DNA from: the human T2T-CHM13v2.0 reference genome, Homo sapiens
Assembly: GCA_009914755.4 (NCBI GenBank)
Contig: CP068257.2
Coordinates: forward strand, 20,192,001-20,256,000
Reading direction: 5' to 3'
Length of the DNA stretch: 64,000 nt
Below the pieces are notes generated by a model. That model saw nothing but the letters and a program-made list of their open reading frames with translations, searched no databases and had not been told where the DNA came from. A program made the position numbers and the translations under genes. Shown here piece after piece: positions 55,901 to 64,000 of this stretch (position 1 is its first letter; each line of letters begins with the position of its first letter).

Positions 55901-58239
55901 ACTACAAAAATAATTTCATTTCTTTCTGAATGTAATAGTGAACAATTTTATAGTGACTTTGTATTTTGTAAAGTATATTCATCTATGTCTTCTCATTTGA
56001 TATTTGAAACATCAAATGTGTTTTGTTTAAAGATTTGCATAAAATTACACAGCTACTTAGTGATAAAATGAGATTTTCTGTGCCCAAGCCCCATGCTCTT
56101 CCCCCTACACAGGGTTGCTCCTTATCAGGTGAAAAAATGTATACAGGTAAATGGAAAAATAATTAATTGTTAATTATGGATATAGCTGTATCTATTTTTG
56201 TAAAAGAAGAAACTGCAAAATAACTAAATAAATTTTATCAGAGGTGAAAAAGAGTTTCCAATGCATGTAGACATGACTAGAGTTAATCATATACCAATCG
56301 CCAATAAATAAGTTGGTTACAAATTTAAATAAATAATTGAATTCACTATATTTCAGATTTAGTGTGTTTTTCAGTTAATGCAAATAAAAGCTGGAAGAAA
56401 TGAAGTAAAAATTCATAACCACTACATTATAAAATAACTGTTCATTTTTAAGGTAGTTTAAAACATCTTTAGTAAAACTGTGTTCTACAGACTTCTACTC
56501 AGAGATGGAACAGTTCAAAATCAAGATGATTGTGAAAGTACAGAATTGAGATACTTGCATAGCCCTTCTAACATTTCATAAAACCATAAGATGCAGAATT
56601 ACAATACTGGTGGTATAACAGATACATTTTTCCTTCAAGTTTACATTGTTTTACTAAACATCTTCCTTCATACAAATAAAATATAAATATATCATTTAAT
56701 TCAGAATCATAAATATCGTATGTTCTAGTAAAGTAAGAGATTGCATTTCCTTATTGATATTCATTAACTTAATATAAATTAAAAGTTACAGTATTACTAA
56801 GTCATGTAGATATCATTTTTACCACTACCATTAGTGTTGGTTTGTAAAACTCTAGCTTTATTACTCTACTAAAATCTTTTATGCAGTATTATATAATATG
56901 AAACACTCCAGTTTTCCCTGTGGTATATAATCTTTCACACTTTTAGGTTTTCATAACCTCACTGACTAAAACACTCTCAAAGTTACTGACTTTTTAATAC
57001 AAAATTTTAAGTCTCAATAGCAAATACATTTGATAAAATAACCAGGCTTTTTAACAGGCTATTATAGATACAATGTATTGCATCAATTTCAAACCACAAT
57101 TCTCAAAACTTAAGGTAAGGTCTATTGCTTAGACTTGCAACTAAGGAAGTCAGATCCCTGAAAAGGTTTGTTTTTATCTGTGGTCTGATGGTATTCATCA
57201 CAAATTTCCTACTTGGAGAATTTATGATTTTATATTTCAACTTTACATTATAAGACAAGAAATTCAAAAACTGTATTTCCCAAGCCTCTAATTGTTCATG
57301 TGGTCCAACCTTCATGCTCTATTTGCCACATCATAAATACCTCATATATTACAACCTGAGAGAAGCTTTTAAGTAGTAATTTTGAAAACCAAACCAGAAA
57401 GTGCAAGTCAATTTCTAACCAAGTTCAAGTGTGCCTATTAATTTCTGTGACTTATTTGAACCATAAAGACCTTTTCACTTGAACATAGTGGAGTCATTAC
57501 TGTGACTTTGCTACACAAAATTCAGTGGAGAATAAAGTTAAAACGTGATTCTATCTGTCTGTGTAACAAGAGAAGGTCAAATCTGTTTTTTGTTTCTGTT
57601 TAGGGTTTTGGGGTGGGGGATGGACTGTTCAGTCTTTTTGAGCATAACAGCTCTGCCACTGTACATGGCATTGGTTTAATTTTCTTACTTGTAAAGAGAA
57701 AATCATTGCTTAAATAATTAGGTAATATTCCTAAAGGATTTAACTCCTTAGGGAAAACATAAAGCAGGATAAATGTGTTTAATTATAATTTGGTCATGCC
57801 TAGACTATCGTGCCCTGCTTATATTTTTTCTTTATTATAACTTTAACTTCCAAAAATTATAGCAAAAAAATGAACACAACCAAAATTCCATATCATTCCA
57901 TCACGTAAAATGATGAATTGCTCTGGAGAGTTTAACAATATAGCAACTTAGAAAGATGAGCATGTATTTAAAGAGATGATACATTCAATTGTATTAAGTC
58001 CACATTTTCACAGAATTTCCTGCAATGTATAAAGGGAGTTTCCATTCCCACAGCTTTCAATGTGTTTCTTCTCTAGATCAAAATGGAATTCCTTATAACA
58101 TTCACAGGTAAATCAATCCCTCAAGCATCTGCACATCTGAGAAGATTGCTCCTCTCCAGTTCATAGCCCTAAGACTGCCAACTCTAGTACTAAGAAAAGT
58201 ACATTCAAAGTACAGCCCTGCCATTTTCCCATAATTTAA

Positions 58240-58390
58240 TCCCATGCATAATTAGTTCATCCGCCTGAGCTTCAGTTTGCTCGTTTATAAAATGGGCTTG
58301 AAAATGTCACACCCAAAGGGTTGTTGTAGAATTATATGACATAATTCATGCTAACTATTTTGGGTAGTACATGTTACACAGTATGAACTT
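58240..58390 (+). mobile_element. MIR SINE fragment (core region)
   Basis: gcctgagcttcagtttgctcgtttataaaatgggcttgaaaatgtcacacccaaagggttgttgtagaattatatgacataattcatgctaa compares with the MIR consensus tctctgagcctcagtttcctcatctgtaaaatggggataataatacctacctcatagggttgttgtgaggattaaatgagataatgcatgtaaagcgcttag. Confidence 0.5.
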
Positions 58391-59060
58391 AAAACATAAA
58401 TATTTTCTATTACTCATTTTTTGGTTGTTACTTACAAGATTATGTCTCCCTATCCCCGGATGTGTGAAAATTTAATCCCAAGCATGCTCATTTTTAAAGC
58501 AACGTTGAATCGCCCACACAAGAGCTTTTGTTACCCAAATTCTAAGGCTTTGTTCCTGCTGTCACTTCTATTTTTTTTCCCTTTTTCAAACTCTCGATGT
58601 TATAGAATGACACCTTTAAGGTTTAGATAAAATTCCTTCTTTAGTCAAGCCCACTTTGGATACATACATACCTCCCATTATAATATATTCTTAAATACTA
58701 TAATTAATTGTCTCCCAACTTCCCCTTTCCTGGTTTTCTACCATCAATCAGCATTATAGAGTGCAAATGATGTACATACAGCACCCTTGTGGATATGCCT
58801 TTATAAATCAAACAAGTAAGTTGGTTAATTTATACAATGCTTAAACTAAATTGCTACATTTCTTTAGACACAATGAAATAAGTGTTGAAAATATTACCTT
58901 AGTCTTAGTCTAGTATGTAGTATATTGTGGGAATTCGATTACATTTAATTTGATTAAAATTAATGTTATTATTCTGTAAATTAGATATAAAATCTTTCTT
59001 TTTGAATTTTGTCTTAAAATGTTTAATTTTTTTTAACCTTTCGTTTATTTGTTTTTGCAT

Positions 59061-59365
59061 TTTTTTTTTTTTTTTTTTTTTTTTTGAGACGGAGTCTTGC
59101 ACTGTCACCCGGGCGGGAGTGCAGTGGTGAGAGCTCGACTCACTGCAACCTCCAACTTCCAGGTTCAAGTCATTCTCCTGCCTCAGCCTCCCGAGCACCT
59201 GGGATTTCAGGTGCCTGCCACCACGCCCGGGTATTTTTTTGTATTTTTAGTAGATACGGGGTTTTACTATGTTGACAAGGCTGGTCTCGAACGCCTAATC
59301 TCGTGATCCACCAGCCTTGGCCCCCCAAAGTGCTGGAATTACAGGCATGAGCCACCACACCCAGC
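59061..59365 (-). mobile_element. young-looking Alu (CpG-rich) with a long, pure 25-nt poly-T tail at the low-coordinate end
   Basis: A run of about 25 T is followed by gagacggagtcttgcactgtcacccgggcgggagtgcagtggtgagagctcgactcactgcaacctccaacttccaggttcaagtcattctcctgcctcagcctcccgagcacctgggatttcaggtgcctgccaccacgcccgggtatttttttgtatttttagtagatacggggttttactatgttgacaaggctggtctcgaacgcctaatctcgtgatccaccagccttggccccccaaagtgctggaattacaggcatgagccaccacacccagc. Confidence 0.92.
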
Positions 59366-60639
59366 TGCATTTTCTTTTTTTAATTGTATATTTCCTTCGG
59401 ACTTACGTGTGATTTTACCAAATACTATTTTTTATAATTACATTCCATCTATTAAATGCAATTAAAATACTATTAAATAGTATAAACTTCTTTTTTGGTT
59501 CAAATGAAATAAAATGATATCGTTGTGTATACTCTGGGCCTTGGCAACATTTTCAAAGAAAGTGGTAAACAACAAAATATGTGACTTAAATTTTCATCGT
59601 TTGAAAAAATATTTTTAATAAAGGTAGTAAAAATTCTACTACCCTAGTAAATATGTTCCAGAGATTTTTAGCCTAAGGAAATTCTAAGAAAGTAAAAATT
59701 ACATGCACAAAAATGCCAATTACTGTAGTATCAAAAATAAATACAGGGAAAAATAGCTTTCAGTAATTGAATATTCATAAAATTGATATCATATTATGCA
59801 GCATTTATGATTTTATCTTACAGTACTATCACATATAAAGAATGTTTACAAGTTTAAACACAACGTGCAAACTATGAAATTGTATCTTCTCTTTGATTAA
59901 AAGTGCCCAAGTTATATTGTTAACAAATGTTCAGAAGAATTTATTTTCTAAATTTCTAAAACAGTGCTGATTTTCCCGTGTGTAGAATGACTGTGCTCCT
60001 GAAACTACCAACACCAATTATCTGCAGAAAGGGAACTCAGCTTATTCTGCTTTACAGTAAGAGGTGGGAAGGGATGATCCCCAGTCTCTCCTGCAAATAG
60101 AGTAAGCAACGCAAATTTCTTTGGAAGCAATCAGCTGAAAAGCAACTTGGCCAAAGGGTGTATATCTTCATGTTACGTTTACAGGGACATTGTTGTTGTT
60201 TTTTTTTTTTTTTGAGATTTATTCGTGTTTTTCTGCCAAGGAGTTTAAAGCATGGCCGTGAGGTAACAAAAAATTTGAGACATTAAAGTTATATGATATT
60301 CGTATTAATGTTGTTTAAACCATACATTAATGAATAAATCTAAATTAGACAAAGGAGATGTTGGAAGCAATACGTCCTCTTTAGCAAAGATGCTGGTTAT
60401 CAATGGAGTATTTTTAAAAGAAACTAATTTCTCAGCTCTGGTACATGATTTAAAACTATTACAGACATGCACAAATTATTCAAGGGAAGAACACAGGGGT
60501 TTTGTAAAACCATTCCATGTTTTTTTAATGATAAAAACAGAGCTCATATAATAATAATATTATAGCTATCCTTTCTAAAATCGTTACTTTTGCTATTTAT
60601 CAGCTAAGTACTTTAAGTCTCACAAAATCTTATTGCAAT

Positions 60640-60735
60640 CAGTAATATTTTTATCTCTATTTTACTTAAGTAGAATCTGAGGCTGAAAGAGAAGAAATAA
60701 CTTGCCTGATGTCAAACAGTTTCAGAAAACTAGAT
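60640..60735 (-). mobile_element. possible MIR fragment (antisense)
   Basis: tattttacttaagtagaatctgaggctgaaagagaagaaataacttgcctgatgtcaaacag compares with antisense MIR (ccattttacagatgaggaaactgaggcacagagaggttaagtaacttgcccaaggtcacacag). Weak. Confidence 0.35.
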
Positions 60736-62809
60736 TTTCTTTGTAGGAGGGCAGTCTCTCTAGTTAAACATTGTGCTTAGTTTTTGTTGTTTATAAATGT
60801 ATCTACCTAATCAACAAAGGTGTGCAGAATTGGAATCTTATAAATACAATAAAAATGTACTTAGATCAAGATATAAGAACTCATAAAGGTACATAATGTG
60901 TCCCAAATTTTCTAAGAAATATCCTGATATCAAAATATAAGATCGTTGATGTCACATAATATTTTTTAAAGGCGTTCTTCATGAACACACTTTATTTATA
61001 TTGATAAGTCTTGGGCCATGTGTAACACCTTTCTATAAATGAAAGAATAAAATTAGGATGTCACAATTTTTGTCATCAAGTTGATTATATTTATTCCTGA
61101 AGAATATCCAAATTTGTAAAACTGAGAGAGTTTTACAGATGTCAGAGAGAATATTAACCAAAAAAGGCATAGCATGAACAAGGTTACTATGCAGTGGAAT
61201 GGGTCATCAATAATTATAGATTTTAATGATATTATACTATTATCCTCATTTTACAGATAAAGAAAATAAGCAACTTGTCATACTACCACAGCTAATAAAT
61301 AGAAACACTGGTATTTAAATCAATGCATGTTTGATTTTAAGCCTGTGCTTTACCTAGTCGTGAAGTGAAAGAAAATATCCCTAAAGGTTCATAGAAAGAA
61401 ATATCAGCAGTTGTCCATGAATTCAGTTGAAATGGTTCAGTAACAGCATTGGTCACCAGAGACTACCAATTTGGGGAATGAATAACAAAATCATTTACTT
61501 CTATGGTTAGATGGTAATGGGTTTAGATGACAATTTTAGCCAATGCATCAATAGCCTATTTTGGGCAAGGTTTTTGATAGACCAAGGGATACGGTTTTGT
61601 GATTCCGGTTTGTAATGCAGTGAGAACCTGTACCGCACAGAACAGAGCTATCAGTAGGGATTTAGGAAACCTCATGAATTTATGTATGAATTATAATGGA
61701 ATCCACAAAAAAAGATAACATCTTCAAGATAGAAAGAAAAAAATGAACTCAAGAAGATTCAGTTTTACACATACATGCTTTCTCTCTCAAGGAAAATATA
61801 ATAACTTGTTAAGCTGTAAGGTTTGTTCAGATAAGCTCTAATATATTGCTTTTCGTACCAGGATGCAAAGATCTTTTTATGTTCTTAAGATAAAGAAATA
61901 TAAGGACTCAAACTTGATTTTAATATATCATTTTAATAGAATTTTCTACCCTAAAGAATTAGAGATCTTCATACCACTCTTAGAGCGATGATTCAGAATG
62001 TTATTCTATGAAAATCAACTTTTATACCACATTCTTTAATTGTGTGATTATCAATTTTTATTGTAATGCATGGGCTTAAAATTCATTTTCAAAACCTTAT
62101 GAACCAAAAGAACGTGCATTCTTTCCTTGTTTTGACAAAATATTTATAAATAGAATGTAAGCATCTTAAAACATCATAGTTTCTAATTCCATGCAGTATG
62201 TAGAAATGAGCCATCAGGGATTTGACCCAGTGATGTATAAACAAAGAAGGGGTAAATTTAAATGTAAAATTCTGAAATTAAAAGCAAGCCAAGGGCCTTT
62301 TTGGTTTAACATATCTGTATTTCCTCAAGATTACATTTGTCAACTTTCTGGTAAAACCTGAAGAAAAGCAGGTGAAATTTTCAGCTTGTCTGTTCTTGGT
62401 TAATTGGGGACCAGGAACTAAACAGATGACTAAGTGTCTCTCTTCTTGGGTATTTGGGAAATAAGGAAATTGAACTGACAAATGCTTCAACTTATATCTG
62501 AAGATATCAATAGGACATACACATGAATTCCATTGTATTCATCACTGTGTTACTTTGTGTTTTGCCTTTATACAGGTAATATTTTAATACAATACTAACC
62601 GAGAAAATTAGCATTTCATGAACACTATCTTTATGACAGATATTATTTCAAGTACTCTAAATATATTGATTGATTTAAATATAGTATTATTTTTCCTGTT
62701 TTGAAGAAAGGAAACCTGTAACACAGAAGGCTCAAATAAAATGTCTAAATTTGAACAGATAATATGTGGGAGAATTGAGATTCAAACCCAGCACAATGGT
62801 GATGCTGGA

Positions 62810-62850
62810 ACACACACACATACACACACACACACACACATATACACACA
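62810..62850. repeat. (CA)n microsatellite
   Basis: cacacacacatacacacacacacacacacatatacacaca. Confidence 0.88.
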
Positions 62851-62934
62851 GTAAGAATTTTATACACACATATATAATTTAACTGTGTATGTTTTGCATA
62901 TGTATCCCAACGCATGTTTTTTGTTTACTTATTG

Positions 62935-62937
<3 letters not shown>

Positions 62938-62968
<31 letters not shown>
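62938..62968. repeat. (TG)n microsatellite (15 units), with a shorter (TG)n at 63035-63052
   Basis: gtgtgtgtgtgtgtgtgtgtgtgtgtgtgt. Confidence 0.9.
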
Positions 62969-62970
<2 letters not shown>

Positions 62971-64000
62971 ATTTCTTTGCTGTGGTAGACTGTCACATAA
63001 GATCGGTTTCTTCAGAGAAAGAGAACCAGTAAATATATGTGTGTGTGTGTGTGTTCATGTGTGTATAAAATTTTTCTCTATTTAGGAATTGGCTTATAGG
63101 GTTGTAAGACAGGCAGGTCCAAAATTTGTAGAGTAGATCAGCCGGCTGGAAACTCAAGTCTGCTGCTGCAGACTTGAGAATTTCTTCTTCCTCAGAGAAA
63201 CCACAGTTTTGTTCTTCAGGCCTTACAAATGATCTAATGAGATTCACCCAGATTATCAAAAATAATTTCTTTTAGTTAAAGTCAACCATTATAAATGTTT
63301 ACGAAATCTACAAAACACCTTTACAGTAACAACCAAATTAGTGTTTGATTGATTATCTGGGTACTATAGGCTAGACAAACTAACACATAAAATTAACAAA
63401 CATAATTGGCAATAATACTAATAAAGGTGAATGCGAAGAGTTGGAAACTGCAGATCTGGAGCAGAGGTAGAGTATAATACAGCAAGACTCAGGCATTAAG
63501 GAGATTACTCTTTCATAAGTCACATTGAAGTTTTGTTTTGACTAGGATTTTAAGTTCCATTTTAATCAAGTTTGGGGGGATTTCTGATGTAACATGTTAC
63601 AAATGAAGAACATAGCAAAAAGAGTGCAGAGACCACCATTTTCCGGAAACAACTAGCGTGAGCATTAACTGACACTCAAATGACGTGACAGGTGTTAGTA
63701 GTAACAAAAATATCCAAACATACTCCTTCATTTTCTTTGTGATGAAATCTCACCAAACTGTAAATATCCGAAAATGAAGATCACCTCAGAATGAAGGGAA
63801 AACAGTAAGGACAAGATGAACAAAAATCAGGATAAAGAAGGTAAGAAATCCAAATACGGGAGAGAAATAAACCAAAATTGGGAAAATAGGAGCAAAGTAA
63901 TAAACAATGAGTCAATAATGAAGGAGAAAACAGAGGAGAAAAATAAAGTTAAATGCCTCTGTTAACAAATAGAGATACATAAAAATGACAGAGTTTTTTT

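Overview
This window reads as primate (almost certainly human) genomic DNA, not a prokaryotic locus. It is AT-rich and low in CpG, carries many Alu SINEs, L1 LINEs and LTRs, and has no recognisable gene. I found no protein-coding gene or RNA gene that I can support. Every long ORF in the six-frame track is either a decayed L1 ORF2 remnant, an Alu-derived read-through, or an artefact of a simple repeat. More than half of the window is interspersed repeats, identified by eye. I see no evidence for a novel gene system here; what is worth a second look is the structure of the repeats.

Main elements:
- Alus: about 11, both strands, ranging from old AluJ-like copies to young-looking copies with intact target-site duplications.
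- Full-length L1: a roughly 6.6 kb older L1 on the minus strand (41226-47835) carrying two nested Alus, with a third Alu at its 5' border.
- Fragmented older L1: minus strand, roughly 8230-14700, with nested younger insertions. These are a short L1 3' end, an L1PA-type copy with a 5' inversion (twin-primed: 5' segment inverted, 3' segment direct) flanked by a clean 14-bp target-site duplication (11960-13633), and a Tigger/MER2-like DNA transposon with terminal inverted repeats (13865-14299).
- Two more twin-primed L1 copies (29705-31130 and 50740-51435) and several isolated L1 3' ends.
- A solitary HERV9 LTR12 (19022-19877) with CCAAT-box tandem repeats in U3, a TATA-like box, a polyA signal and tandem repeats in U5.
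- Three MaLR LTRs and a MIR.
- Low-complexity sequence: a 250-bp GA/GAAA purine tract, several CA/TG/TA microsatellites and two short tandem duplications.

All family assignments come from my recollection of consensus sequences and should be confirmed with RepeatMasker against Dfam.
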